This document shows, piece by piece, positions 10,906 to 23,922 of a stretch of DNA of 64,000 bases (its first letter is position 1; each line of letters begins with the position of its first letter). The notes under the pieces were generated by a model that saw nothing but the letters and a program-made list of their open reading frames with translations, did not search any database and was not told where the DNA came from. The translations under genes and the position numbers were made by a program. The DNA comes from Flectonema sp. DT1601 (taxonomy: Eukaryota): the NCBI GenBank assembly GCA_964019425.1, contig OZ025786.1:1178001-1242000 (forward strand), given 5' to 3'.

Positions 10906-12297
10906 TTAAAGTTCAAAACAAAGCGTTCGATCTCTTTCACATTCAGAAACTTTTTCAAGAACTAACGTACTGAGAAGAACAAATATAGATCCTAAATACA
11001 TTATACTTTCATAACCGGAATCAGAATTCGAGACATAGTCGCCCATATCAACCCTAGTTGGTAAAAAGAATAACATCGGAGAGTAGATTATTGGTCCGAT
11101 GGTAGATCCGACAAAGGCCGACACATCCCAAACTGCCAACCATTGCGCTCCTGATCCTCTACTTGGCAATCTATCCACAGCTAGTGCATATGAGACAGTC
11201 AGGATCGCTCCATTGCAAGTTCCATAAAAGAATGAAACCACTAAAACAGCATAAACAGATCTGAATAAAGTATTCAAAACAAAACAAGTTGCTATCCCAA
11301 ACGAACAGAGTCTTAGAATTCTCTTCCTTCCAATACTGTCAGACAGATACCCAGAAGGCAATGCAGTCACTGCCAATCCAAGTTGCGCTAAGAAAGCAGC
11401 GTTAGCAGTGTAAGACCTCGCAGCTGAGGGACCAAGACTAGTGCCATCATGAAACTGAACCCAATCTCTGAAATAATATTGTAGAAATGACTGAGTTGAA
11501 GCACCAGCTTGGTACAGAGCTCGGCTTACAAAAAGCCAAAAATAATCCGGAAACTCACGTCTGTCTACTAAATAACAAGATGCCAGTTGGTTCCAGTTCC
11601 AGAAACGACGTTCTTCACAAGGGCGGTCACCAGAAGTATGCAGTAGTGTTGTGACAGTAGTTACTATCATCACTGCAGTGTACGTTAAATACAATTCCGT
11701 ATCAGGAAACATAATGACTACAAAAAAACCAACTCCAGCTCCAATACCAAACAGAGATACCAACACTCCGTTTGCTTTACCAGTCTGGTGTTTTGGTACC
11801 AAATCTGGAGTGAATCCCAGAACAACCGTTTGCATGCTACATAGGCAAATCATTCCAATAAATGAAGCAAAATAATACCACAATATCGATATAGCTGATG
11901 GGTGTAAACTACTAACATACCATTGAATACCCAGACAGGGTAACAATAATAATCCGAATACAACAAGGTAGGGTCGTCTCTTGCCATAAATGACGGTGCA
12001 TCTGTCGCTGAAAAAACCAACAGCTGGTCCACAAAGCTGAGCGATTCCGGCGAGAACGAGGAATGCTGCGAGAGCGAAATCATGTCCTTCAGGAAAGAAT
12101 CTAACGGCTTCAGCTGGGAATGTGATCAACGCATATGTAGTCAGGGTGAGTCCGTAACCAAAACTAAATGCGTACATACCAACCAACTCCTTCAGTGAAA
12201 GTTCTGACCGGTGTTCTCCACGTAGTAGCGGCTCCTCTTCTTCAGGAATTGTTGGAATGGTACGCGGTGTTGAGACACATATCCCTAAGGCATCCAT
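10906..12297 (-). CDS. MFS transporter (about 12 TM; sucrose/SLC45-like MFS branch)
   Basis: Motif-A-like GFFSDRCTVIYGKRRPY and GYLSDSIGRKR; about 12 hydrophobic helices. Confidence 0.88.
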   Translation of the reverse strand: MDALGICVSTPRTIPTIPEEEEPLLRGEHRSELSLKELVGMYAFSFGYGLTLTTYALITFPAEAVRFFPEGHDFALAAFLVLAGIAQLCGPAVGFFSDRCTVIYGKRRPYLVVFGLLLLPCLGIQWYVSSLHPSAISILWYYFASFIGMICLCSMQTVVLGFTPDLVPKHQTGKANGVLVSLFGIGAGVGFFVVIMFPDTELYLTYTAVMIVTTVTTLLHTSGDRPCEERRFWNWNQLASCYLVDRREFPDYFWLFVSRALYQAGASTQSFLQYYFRDWVQFHDGTSLGPSAARSYTANAAFLAQLGLAVTALPSGYLSDSIGRKRILRLCSFGIATCFVLNTLFRSVYAVLVVSFFYGTCNGAILTVSYALAVDRLPSRGSGAQWLAVWDVSAFVGSTIGPIIYSPMLFFLPTRVDMGDYVSNSDSGYESIMYLGSIFVLLSTLVLEKVSECERDRTLCFEL

Positions 12298-12470
12298 TTT
12301 TATTATATTCGTTTATAATTGAAGTGTATCATACCTTTAATTATTGAAGGGGGGAAAAATAAAATATAAAAAAAAATTAAATTACGGAAATTGAAAAATT
12401 TATGCGACCCTTTCCCTTTTTTTTTGTTTTTTCCCCTCCACAATCAAGTAGAGTTAATAAAGTAACAATA

Positions 12471-13025
12471 CTACTCAACAATAGGAAGGTCTTTCATGTT
12501 CGCTCTTGAAGACAAGTAGGCATTCCAAAATACACCCCAGCAACTTGCCCATAAAACTCTGTATCTCAGTTCAACGTATCTAAAACTAATGTAGTTTAAG
12601 AATGGCCAAACGTACCAATTTGCAATCATTGTTGGAATTAGTTGCGATATCACTTTATTAAAGCCGTTGTCTAACGGCGATAGAGACGTATCTTCTTGAG
12701 ATAGCGTCTCAAATATTCCCATTAAGAAGAAGAATGAGGCTGTTAAGACTGTAGCTCCACATGTCTGGTCAATTAACGTAACAATTAAAGCAGAGTTCAG
12801 ATTCAAACTAGACAACATCTTAAAGTAAAAGTGTAAAACTGGTCCTGTCCACAGCATTCCTACAGCTGCCATTCTACATAGTCGGGATGAGTCTTTAATC
12901 TCTTCTTCTTCGATTAGCTGACAGAGACCATCACCAACAGCAAAAAGAAAACTTGTTGTAACACTTTTACTAACTAGTGGGTATTTAACAATGAGATTAC
13001 TGTACCACTTTAGTGCTGATCTCAT
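12471..13025 (-). CDS. Mpv17/PMP22 family membrane protein
   Basis: YPLVSKSVTT..LFAVGDGLCQ, IDQ, ANWYVWP..NYISFRYV..RYRVL, WNAYLS. Confidence 0.92.
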   Translation of the reverse strand: MRSALKWYSNLIVKYPLVSKSVTTSFLFAVGDGLCQLIEEEEIKDSSRLCRMAAVGMLWTGPVLHFYFKMLSSLNLNSALIVTLIDQTCGATVLTASFFFLMGIFETLSQEDTSLSPLDNGFNKVISQLIPTMIANWYVWPFLNYISFRYVELRYRVLWASCWGVFWNAYLSSRANMKDLPIVE

Positions 13026-14286
13026 TTTTGGTATTCTGAATAGAAAAAAAAAAAAAAAAAAAAAAAAAGGGTTTCAGAAGAATTGTCTCTCTCTGGTTGT
13101 TGTTGACTCACAGTCGTCTGTTTTCAATTAGCTGACGGCTATCAATCTCATCATGTTGTGAATAGTATGGAAAAAAGGAAATGAGATGATTCTTGTTTTG
13201 TTTTATTTTTAAGAAGACGAAATCCAACATGTCTTATGGTCATCGTGTGACTCCCTCGTGCGACAGGATTCTGTCTGCGTTCAAATATAAGTCCATAACA
13301 GAAAAGTGATAGGGATGGCAGAATTCTACTTGTGAAGGAGCATCTTCTCTCCCTACACAGATGACGTGTTTTATGATATGAAAACATGAATCTCTTTATT
13401 GTTAACCTTTTTAGATAAATAGATAATAAAAGTATCTGACTTGTGTTGTAAAAAAACAAAACGAGACGATCCTTATTATTATTATTTTTTTTTTCCTTCC
13501 CCACATATCAAAACAGAAAAAAAACGAGCAAAAGCGAGGGATGGAAGAGTTTTCGCGTGTGAGGGAACTCCCTCTAACTCTCTCTCTGCAGATGACAATG
13601 TGAGATGAAAAAGAAAAAAAAAAATTGCCAAAAAAAACTACATAGAATATTTCTAAATTCTGGTTCATCTAACGAGATGGTTAGCGAGTCAAACAGACCA
13701 GAGTATTGGTCAGGTAGCTCTTCGAGGGTAAACCTAATCCCAGAGTTCATCATAATCAACCTGTTAATATAATTTAGAAATCTAGCAGTTTAGATTTTTT
13801 TTAATCGTCACTTTTGATATAAAAAAAAAAAAAGCAAACAAAAAAAAAAACTGGATAATAATAATAACAATAATAATAATAATAATAATAATAAACCAAC
13901 CAGAAATATCCACAGTAACTAATGCTGATGTAGTTGGAAGCAATAAAAAATAAAATCAACCAACTACTACCACGAAATGGTACTTTTTACGATACAAAAA
14001 AAATACAATCTTCTTCTCCATTCTCTTAATATCATAAATACGCACAAAGGTTAGAACAAAACGTTTGCACACGAACGAGAGAACATAAAATCACACGATG
14101 AAAGGAGAGAATAAAGAATTGTATCTCTTTTGCAAAGAACGTTCAGATGGACCCATCGGTTCTTAAAACAAATAAAGTTTCAATGTTGTTACAGAACCAC
14201 ACCAATCAAGGTCAGCAGGAGGAGAGAAAAAAAAAATTTATTATTATTATTTAAATATAACCTAAACCATCTCTCATATAAGACAG

Positions 14287-14431
14287 AAAAAACTATTCAG
14301 ATAAGCAGCCTTATATTTTGTTGATTGCAGCTAGTGTTACTGGCGGCAGCACAGGGAAATAGATAACATGACAATAATAAATAAACGGCTCTTTTAATCT
14401 GAATAGTTTCTTCTCCGACTTCGTCGGTGCA
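14287..14431. mobile_element. Short non-autonomous Helentron-like repeat, copy 2 (best-preserved ends)
   Basis: A-run, IR ACTATTCAGAT (14292), IR ATCTGAATAGT (14397), perfect hairpin CCGAC-TTC-GTCGG (14415-14427), then TGC and an A-run. Confidence 0.65.
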
Positions 14432-15692
14432 AAAAAAAAAAAAAAAAAAATATAACAAATATCCATTATAATTATACTGTGAATTATGGTGATGTTTAAC
14501 TTAGTCTTCATGTAGGCTACAAGGAACAACACTTCTTCAGGCAGAAAACAGAAAAAAAAAAAAAAGGACAATGTTGACTGTCAGTGACAGTAGAGTAAAA
14601 GGAGGCTTGGTTTACTAACTAGTAAATAGATAAACAGTCTTTGCAAAAAGAAAATGTCTTTTTTAAAAAGAATCAAAAGGAGTGATTCTGAAGCAATACT
14701 TTATTTCAGATGTCCGATACGTAATCCACCAGCATGGTGGATATCGCACATCACTATTAAGGTTACACCATGAAGCTACAATACTGGAATTCAAGAAGAG
14801 GTCTTGACAAGAGGGGTACACAGGATACCTTTTGTTAGATGAGATCAGTCTGCTGCTTCTGATCAAAAAAAAAAAAAAGAAAACTGACTTACACAAATAA
14901 CTCTTTTATTCTAGGGGAGTGAGGAAAGTAAAGGTTGGGAAGGGAAAAAAAAGGGGAAGAAAAAAAAAAAAAATACCTATCATACTGCCAGTCTTATTTC
15001 AGATAGATCCCAATAAAAAGAGGACCAATCAAAAAGACCTGCCAGTGATAAAAAAAAAAAAAAAGCAGTTAGCAAATATTTGTCTTTTTTTTTTAAAAAA
15101 AGACATTAAGAATCAGGCAATAAAAAGAAAAGGATCAACCCAATAAGCCAGCTGTTGCTTAGGGTGTACCTGATAAGGTGTACTACCTCAACACAGTGAA
15201 CATGTAGGTGGTTGATATTTTTTTTTTTTTAAACCCAATTTTTCTATTCCAAAATCATCATACTTATTACTCAACCGCAGTGCGATTTTAAAAAAAAAAA
15301 AAAAAAAAAAAAATGATCCAAACGGAGTTTGCCTTTAGTTTTGGTTTATTGAATTTGTTATTTTTATTTTTATTTTATTTTTTTCTTCCGGACGCGATCT
15401 ATCGACAAATTCTATTAAAATAAAAAAATCTTTTAAATAAGTTAGTTCGCAAACAATGCCTCTACACAATAATATTCAAAAAAAAAAAAAAAAAAAAAAA
15501 AAAGAATGTCACGCGAGTACAATAAAACAGAAGGGAAGGGTAAGAAGAGGAAGGCACATAAAAATATACTTTTTTGACTAAAGAACACAAAAAAAAACCA
15601 AACAAACGATGAGAAGGAAAAGAAACATGCAAATGAAAGGATTCATGAATAAAATAACATTCAGAAAGTGACTCAACGAGACACCACAACAG

Positions 15693-18236
15693 TTACTTCT
15701 CCTTCTTCGTAATAATTTTTTTCTTAATAATTTTTTTCTTCGGAGGAGAACCATCAGTTATGTTTGCCGATGATTTTGTTTTTGTCCCGACAGGAGTGAT
15801 AGGAGGAGAGGCCGCTGAAATAGAAGGCGAAGAAGCAGCCAAAGAGGTTCTTCTTATGATCTTTTTGACTGGACGAATAGCTGGCGAAGCTCCAGCTTTA
15901 AGCGCAGGAGACTTTGAAGGAATGCTTTTCGGAGCGGCTAGTTTTTTAATGGTGGCCGATGATATACTTTTTGTACTACTCGACAGCCCAGTTGATGACA
16001 CAGATCTCATACTTCCTGCAAGACTCGATGATGGTTTCGCATGTGTTGCTGAGATCGCTTTCATACTTTTCTTTGGAACTAAAAGAGGACTCTTCGCTTC
16101 TGTTCTAACAGATCTCGAAGATGCAACTCTCGGAGTCAATCTCGGTGTTGAAGACGCCTTCGTTACCTTGAGCAGTGGAGATGATTTAGCGAGCTTCAGT
16201 GTTGGTGTTTCCTTCTTTTTTTTCACTATTTTCCTAGTTGAACCTCCTCCATAAGATCCCTTCCTAAGTACAGCTGATCCTGACAGTGAAGTAATCGACT
16301 CTTCGTAACTAATTTTATTAAGATCATCAGTACTGACACCAACATCTTCCATCCTTCTAGCGGTTACAACAGGACTTGAAGTCATCAACATGTCTGATAA
16401 AGTTGGAGATGCTTCAGACTGCACGCATTGAATACCTTCAATATCCTATTTGGGATTGGTTTAAAGAAAGAACAATAAATGAAAAAGGTTTCATCGCATA
16501 TAAACACAAACACATACGTCAAGAGCCAGAGCAAGATTTTCCTTTGTGAGCTGCGGGTGTAGGGTTCCCGGATGCTGTGGTTCAGGTGAAGCTGAAACAG
16601 AAGTAGAAGAAGTAGTGGTAGTGGTTCCAAAAGTATCGCGTCCTCTAAAGTAGATTTCATTGTCTTCTTCAAATTCAGAGATGGCTTTGAGAGTGCATCT
16701 GACAGCATCATCAATGGCATCTGTCAGCGTGAATTTTGCAAACGGGCTGTCGTCTTCTGCGGCATTCAGCCTAAGGTATGAACCAGATCTGGTGTCTTGT
16801 AGTAGTACGACTTTGTCTTCTAAATGTTTAATCCCCCAGATCATTCTATGTGATGGATCACCATGACAGCATACTATCTTAGGATCGATACCTGAGACAT
16901 ACATACGAGTTGACTGATCAGTTCTTAATGAAATACAATCAGATCCAGTAGAGGATTCATTTTCGAATACCCACGTGCAGCGTTGTTCTGTTGCGGCCAG
17001 TGTATTGTCGACAACTGATAACCACAAGTGTTGTGTTAAACTTATTCTATATTTCAAAACTTCTGGTTCTTGTTCTTCCATCGTCAGTTGCTTTGCTGTT
17101 TGAGGTTCTTCCTCCTCATCACCATCCTGTTCCAACTCCGATTCAGAAGATGTCTGTTCTTCAATACTCGCAACAATAGCTGTGGCACCAGCCACGATGC
17201 TGTTCTTTATCAACTCAGCAGTGTATGTTGCAGTTATTAAATCACCATAAGGAACAGCTGGTGGCTGTACTAACAACGAATCAACAATGGCTTCATAAGG
17301 TGGAGGACATATGTCTTCAGCACCAGGTGTGTACGGAGAGAGATCCTGTAGTTGCGCAACAGATCCATCACCAGCACCAGACTCCGATAACATGAAGTCA
17401 TTTTCACTGCAAAAAGACCCACGCTGCTCTCTCCTACGTTGGATTGATGATTCAGTTTTACGAGGCAGGTCACTCAAAGACATAACTTTTAAGTCCTCAG
17501 TTGGGTTAACCCACGCAACTACCTGCATGAGAAGTTCTCTCCTGCGAAGTTTATATTTTTGTTCAGCTCCAGTTCGTTGAATTGCTGCTTGGATTCCTCT
17601 AATTGCGATTGCGTACCACCTTTTTGACTTTGAGTCTACATTAGCGAATCTTTGAAGAGCGGCACCCATGTCTTTTATATCGACGATCGAAATTGGTTGA
17701 CTGCCAGTGACATCTAGTGTTGTTTTTTCTTCGTTAACAACACATGTGGCAAAGTGATTGTTTACTATCCGTTCACCTTGCTTTAAGTACCAAGCAACCA
17801 TGTGGGCTAGAGTTAAGTTAGTGCCTGAGGTTCCTACTTCTTTTTTCATGCTCATGTATTCAGCTTCCGGAATTCTGCGAGAGCTACACGTAAATCCCCA
17901 GACAGTTACTTCTTTGTAGTTCCACTCGTTGTCACAATCATCGTCGAATGTTCTGAAAATGTGAACTATTTTCATTCTCAGCCCAGTCATCTTTGATCCA
18001 ACGTCAATATCAAAAACAGGTTCTAATATTGATTTACGTTTTTCAGTTACCGAAACAGTAGACACTCCGTTCTTTCTCTTTGTTGCTAAATACGTACTTT
18101 CCTCCATCCATTTTCTCCTTATACCTTCTCTCTTTGAACTCTCCTGTGTCTGCAATACCAACAGCCGGTTTTCTTTACTGACGATGGTTGTTTCATCTGG
18201 TCCACATTTACAAAACCATGAAATCGGATTTTTCAT
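15693..18236 (-). CDS. Two-exon hypothetical protein (~823 aa): EF-hand-like N-region, possible beta-trefoil-like domain, Ser/Lys-rich basic tail; intron 16446-16517
   Basis: A GTATGT donor at 16517 and TAG acceptor at 16446 join ORFs 16491..18236 and 15693..16424 in frame (...LALD|DIEGIQCVQSEASP...). FRTFDDDCDNEWNYKE resembles an EF-hand loop. Confidence 0.75.
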
Positions 18237-19251
18237 AATTATTTGAAGAAGAAGTTGGGGAGAAGGGGAGGGGGATGGGACAACTCTTTGATAGAATAGA
18301 AATAGTTTTTATAATAAAAAACAAAGAAAACAAAGAAACCTACAAAGAGAGTCATTGATGACAAGTGATAATCATATATTCAAAACAATAAATTGATTTT
18401 TTTTTCTTTTTTTTTTTTTTTTTTCATTTTCTTTTTTTCTTTTTCTTGTTTAGACTCTGCAACAACAGACGTGTTTAGAAGGGGAATAAAAAAAAGAGAC
18501 TAATGATTGGTGTGACAAGAGAGATAAGAAACTGACATTTACGATTTCCATCTGCGTAAAACTTTTTTCCTCTTCGCTGTCCATCAACAGACGGACTTGC
18601 AGATGTGAAAACTTGTCGCGGTAAAAAAAAAAAAAAAAAAAACAGAAAATAACTATTTCTTGTTTTTTTTTTCTCTTTTTTTCCTTCCGGTATGTGTCCC
18701 AAACACAATGCTCAGACTGAAAACTGATGACACCACCACAAGTAGTGCTATTCAGACCTCTTTCTGTGGATAAAAACCCAACCAGTAAATAATACAACAG
18801 GGTGACGCTGGAAAAAATATTTTTTTGTCGTCGTAACACGGATTAAAAGCGACCACCCAAATTTCTCCGTGTAAATTAAGAAGGATATTTTTTTTCCTTT
18901 TTTTGCTCACTGAACTGTGTAAAAGTTTGCAGTGGTGAACGCAATTAAAACAAAGAAGTATTGGACTACAATGACAGGTGATATCAAGCAACCTTCTTTT
19001 TTTTTTTTTTTTTTTCGTATGTAATGTTGGCAACACGTAATTCTTATGTTATGTAGTTGGGATCAAGATATTCTTTTTATTACTAAAAAGAACAAAAAAG
19101 TAAAACAACTTTTTTTTTTTTAATCGCTGATCCCTTCTTATTGCATTCTTCTAATAATATTTAATTAGTAATGACTAACAATGCAAGCATAGTCACTGAA
19201 CAGATTACAACAAAAAAAACAGAATATTATCACAACTGTAGCACAAAAATA

Positions 19252-20690
19252 CTACTGTTGCTGACATTCAGCCTGTTGTGGTCCTCTGTGTTGCTGCTGG
19301 TGAGATTGCTTACGTCTTTCTGTCCGACGTGAATCATGACGGCGCATTTTTTCCTGTTTTTTTTTTTGTATTTTTTTTCCCCTACTAATAGTATTATTGG
19401 TATTTTTTGAAACGGAAAAAAAAAAAAAAAAAAAATTACATACGCTCAGCTGCTCAGCTGTTAGCTGGGTGTATATTTGTTGTTCTCTGACCGTTTCCTT
19501 TGCAGTCCCACCGAGGACTGGCTTCTTCTCTCCCTCCGGACGTCCAAGTTCTTCGGCTATTAGTTGCGCCTGTTTTAAGTGTTTATATGAATATTCTTTT
19601 TCCGAGAAAGTTTAAAAAACATGGTACATACTTTTTCAGCTGAAATGTCAGGCATTTCGATATTTAACTTGAGGATGTAGTCTCCGTGACCTCCACGAGT
19701 GTTTGGCATTCCCTGTCCAGGAAGAACAATGGAAGACTCAGCACTAGTTATGCTACCAGGAGTTATGGTTGTTGTAAGTGTGCTTCCACTTGGGTGAGGA
19801 AGGTTAACTTTGCATCCTCCGATGACGTCTCTTAATTTAATTTTCTGAGAGCAGATTATGTCGTCTCCCATGCGTTGCATTCGAGGATCAGCTTTGATTT
19901 TAAGTTTGAGACGAACATCACCCGAAACAGCACCAACAGCCTCGTCCGACATAGCAGGGATAGCCAGTTCTTCTCCGTCTTGGATTCCTGCTGCTACTGG
20001 TATTGGGATGCTTTCGGTTTTTCTTTTCGCGAAAGTACCTCCACAAGAGCAGTCAGGACAGCGTCCTCCACTAGTTTTAACACCAACACCCTTACAGTCT
20101 CCACATGGTCTTTGAATTCTTTGAAACATTCCTGGTTGGACCTGGTGGACTTGAGAGACTTCACCAGCACCGTCACATGTTGAACAGGTGTGTGCTTTTT
20201 TACCCTCCGCACAGACAACGTTTCTTGTGAATCTGACGTTCTCAGTTCCACCATTATAAGCTGTTTGTAAGGTAATAGGAATTTCTAGGAACTTATCTTC
20301 TGTTTTCATTGGTCCTCGAGGTTGACCACCCATTCCTCCCATGTTAAAGTTTTTAAAAAGATCTTCGAAACCACCCATTCCACCCATGCCACCTCCACCT
20401 GGCATACCTCCCATTTGAGCGTAGTCTTTACCGTACGTGTCGTACATTTTTCTCTTTTCTCCATCAGACAAGGTTTCGTAAGCTTCATTCAGTTCAGCAA
20501 ATTTATCTGCAGCTCCCTTGTCAGGGTTCTTGTCCGGGTGAAGGTCCATTGCCTTCTTCTTAAAAGCCCTCTTAATTTCTTGTGTCGTAGCGCTCTTTGG
20601 TACACCTATAGCCTGATAGTAGTCAGCAGCCCATCTCCTTTGAGATAACGTGTTTGATCCTCCTATGTGCTTACTGAATAATCTTCTCAT
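19252..20690 (-). CDS. dnaJ: Type I DnaJ/Hsp40 (~428 aa, 3 exons; introns 19570-19631 and 19354-19443), mitochondrial-type presequence, C-terminal CaaX (CQQQ)
   Basis: J domain with HPD, G/F-M region, CxxCxGxG repeats and C-terminal domain. Both GTATGT...CAG introns restore frame, and the protein ends [10 protein letters not shown]. Confidence 0.9.
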
Positions 20691-20944
20691 GTTCTTGTCG
20701 ACAGTTGCTGTCAGAGGATGGAATAAAAGCCATAAAAAAAACAAACAAAAAAAAAAAAAAAAATAATATTATATCAAAAATTAAACCATCTCTCCGTTAA
20801 AATATGTTAAAAGGGGCGGGGGGACACAAAACTATTTTTTTTTTTATTAAAAAAAAACAGAAAACTTACTTGTTGCTTAAATGTGAATTTTCCTCGACTT
20901 ATATATTTTTTTTTTTTTTTTTTTCCTCCTCTCCTCCCGTTCTT

Positions 20945-21310
20945 GTCAATCGTGTGCAATTGCAAGTGGTGCACTTGAGACGTCGTTAAGGTCATCTCCT
21001 GTTGTCGGAACTGTTTTCTGTTCCAGCTGAAGGGTGCAAAGCTCAATAACTTCCTTTAATTTTGTTAATCAACCAAATGCTCTTTTTAAGTCCAATAGCT
21101 GCTATTTTAAATGTATCACTCGGTTGAGGTTGTTAATGAAAGGACTGCTACCAATGTCAGTTTTTGCAACTCAAGGTAAATCATCGATAACCGAAACCCT
21201 TAACTCAAGTGTTTGACGGTCACACAGGTTTTTTAGAAAATTAGAAATTCCTCTGCGCTTTTACACCCAATTTAAAGTTTGAGGATAGGTCCTCCAACCA
21301 TTCGATTTTG
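20945..21310 (-). pseudogene. Possible decayed coding fragment
   Basis: Homopolymer-free block reading RGISNFLKNLCDRQTLELRVSVIDDLP*...HLK*QLLDLKRAFG*LTKLKEVIELCTLQLEQK...AHD*, with scattered in-frame stops. Confidence 0.3.
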
Positions 21311-21537
21311 AAAACACACCTCCAAGATTTTTTTTTTTCTTTATTTCTTTTTTTTTTTTTTTTTTTTTTCCCCGAAAAAATATAACACAAAACTAGAAAA
21401 GAAGAATTAAAAAAATGGTCCTCCGAAGGGTGTGCTGCCGAGGTTAAAGGACCGACTGACTAGTCGCCAGTCCACAACTTTATAATATAAAGTCCAAAAC
21501 ATGTGCTCCCGATTGGTGTTTTGGTTGTTTGATTTGT

Positions 21538-23019
21538 TCAATTAATTAATATGTACATTATGAATGAAATAATCACAACTAAAACCGGCATCGCATACAC
21601 CCCCAAATTTACCTTTTTTTTATATATTTTCCTGGGTGGTGGTGGACCCCATTTCGTACGAAGTTCAGCATTGCGGATAATCTTTGAACTGTCTGGGGCA
21701 GGTGCAACTTCAGGAGGAGCGAAATGGCTCCATGGCTGAAGAGGTGGAGGAGGTTTTGCTGGAGCCAATCCAAGTGTAACATAAGACGCATGAGTTTGCC
21801 TCTTTATAAAATCACTGAGATCCGAAACTGGTAGCATAGCACCCTCATCTCCAATCTTTAAATGTGTAACTTTGCATCCAATGAATAAGTCGAGACCCCA
21901 CTTCTTGCTGGGACCATCCTCATCAACAGATTCCAATATAAAAGTATCCTCGTTAATCTCACATGCGATATTCTCATGACCAAGTTTCCTAACGATTGTT
22001 GTGAATCGTTTCATTCCCTCGTACACTTCAGTAAGTTTTTCATATGTCGCTGGTTGTGGTGAAAGTTCCAAGGATTTCATAAGAGAGGATCTCGCTTCTT
22101 CCCAAAGTGTTGGTTTTTCTAAAAGAGGAAGCTCATCTTCTCGTAGCCATGGTTTACGTTCACGTATCCTATCAATTAAACTAATTAGTCTCACACTGGA
22201 GTATCCAATTCGATACCAAGCCTTGGCATTTGATGTGTCCATTTGAATTGATCGACGAGCATCATTTAAAGCATCAGCAGTCATACGAACTCTATATCCA
22301 TCCCACTTGTCAATACCTCCGGGTTGGCTAGTTGTTTTGTCTTTGAATGCTTTTTCTTTTCCTTCAGATATTTTCAACTCACACAGAGATCTGTTTGAAA
22401 AGACCGATGCCAACAGTTTTTGTAAAGGTTCTGATTGCTGTAAAATAACAGCGCACCTTGCCATTCGATACTCAAGAGAGGCGTCGTCTAAATAAACTCC
22501 TCCCTGTTCGTGTGATGTTCCCATTTCAGACATTGGATCACATGGATCTTCACCTTGTTGTGCCATCTGAGTTGGGTCTATTGCCGTCATTCCATCAGGC
22601 ATGTTCATATCTGCCGATTTCGCTTTCATCTTTTCCCGTTCTTTATCTTGTTTCATTGCGTCTTCTTGCATCTTTTTAATCTCTTCCGGGTCTTTAGGTT
22701 TAGGTATCCTTGGATCACGTTCCCCCGTCAACAGTACAATACACGACGTATACTGTCCAATTGCCTCTGTGTACTTCCCTCCTGCGAATGCCTTGTTGCC
22801 GAGCTCTTTGAAAGTGGTTACTAACTCTTCGGTTGACTTTAGCATTTGTTGTACTTCCTGTTGATGTTTTTTTTTTTGTGTTTTACTTTTGTTAGTTGTA
22901 GCCGAAGGGGATAACTTCAATGATATTTAAAACTGAATAAGGTGAATAGAAAGAAAAAGAGAACATACCTCCTCTTCATCATCTTGAACGATTTTGTCAA
23001 ACTTAGTGTAGTCAACCAT
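21538..23019 (-). CDS. Tail-anchored TPR protein (~456 aa, 2 exons; intron 22858-22968)
   Basis: Exon 1 MVDYTKFDKIVQDDEEE, GTATGT donor, ACTAAC branch-like motif and A-rich CAG acceptor. TPR motifs KELGNKAF, FSNRSLC and AKAWYR; C-terminal TM LGVYAMPVLVVIISFIMYILIN. Confidence 0.85.
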
Positions 23020-23922
23020 ATTATATGTGTGCTGCTCAATGAATGAATTGGGAAAAAGTATGTGTTGGTGAGAATAGAATTCCAAACCCGAACGAGGCTT
23101 TACGCAAGGGTTCCAGACTGTTGTAGCTCTTACAATAGTTATCGGTTGTATTCACCAGGCCCTGTCGGGTAGACACACATATTACACTTAGATTGCGCAA
23201 TAGGTGCCCAAAAATCGCGCACCAATGAAAATTTCGACCTGACCCAGATTCGAACCGGTGCAAGACGGTGTCATTGAAAATAAAAATCTGCAACTGAAGA
23301 ATTAGCTGATCTGGAAAAAACAAGAAAACGAACAGAATCGCTGCTAATGCGAAAACCTGAAAAGGCGCATTACGAGTTTGATAAGGTGTAAATGATGGAA
23401 AAAATAACGGGAAAAAAAAAGAGAAAAAAGTGAAAGGCGGAAACCCGTGGCCCGAAGCAGCATTCGAGTTGCCGATTCAAACAAAACAATAGGCACATAA
23501 ATAAAACGCGTTGATTATTCGGAAGAAAGTGAACTTTTCCCTTCCACATTTCTTAAGGAAAGGGTCGAAGTTTACTTTCTACGCAAAACATGATTTTTCT
23601 CATCTCTCCAGAAAAAGTGATTCCTACTTTTCGTGCTGTAAGAAGTAACGGCGTCTGGCAGCTTTTCAAAAAAGTACTTTCAGTCACTCCGAGTTAAGTC
23701 TCTTTATTACGCAGTTTCCAAGATAAGAAAATGTCTGCGTTGCTGTTGTTGCTACAACGGAATGCCACTAATGAACGAAAGGAACACTAATAGAGAAAGA
23801 AAGAAGCATTGTTTCCAATGCGTTGCAAATCGACAGGCTCAAAAAAAGAAAAAATAATAATAATAAAATAACGATCTAACTAATGCCGTAAGAGAGGGAT
23901 CTTAATACAAGGTAGTTGAGTG

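Noticed and set aside
13695..13760. C/D snoRNA-like ATGATGA...CTGA on the minus strand
   Set aside because: Only ~44 nt separate the boxes and I cannot support an rRNA target. It could equally be a small terminal exon (VDYDELWD*).
23225..23270. tRNA gene from a minus-strand GGTTCGAATC B-box (similar isolated B-box near 8465)
   Set aside because: No A-box, D arm or acceptor pairing is found upstream.
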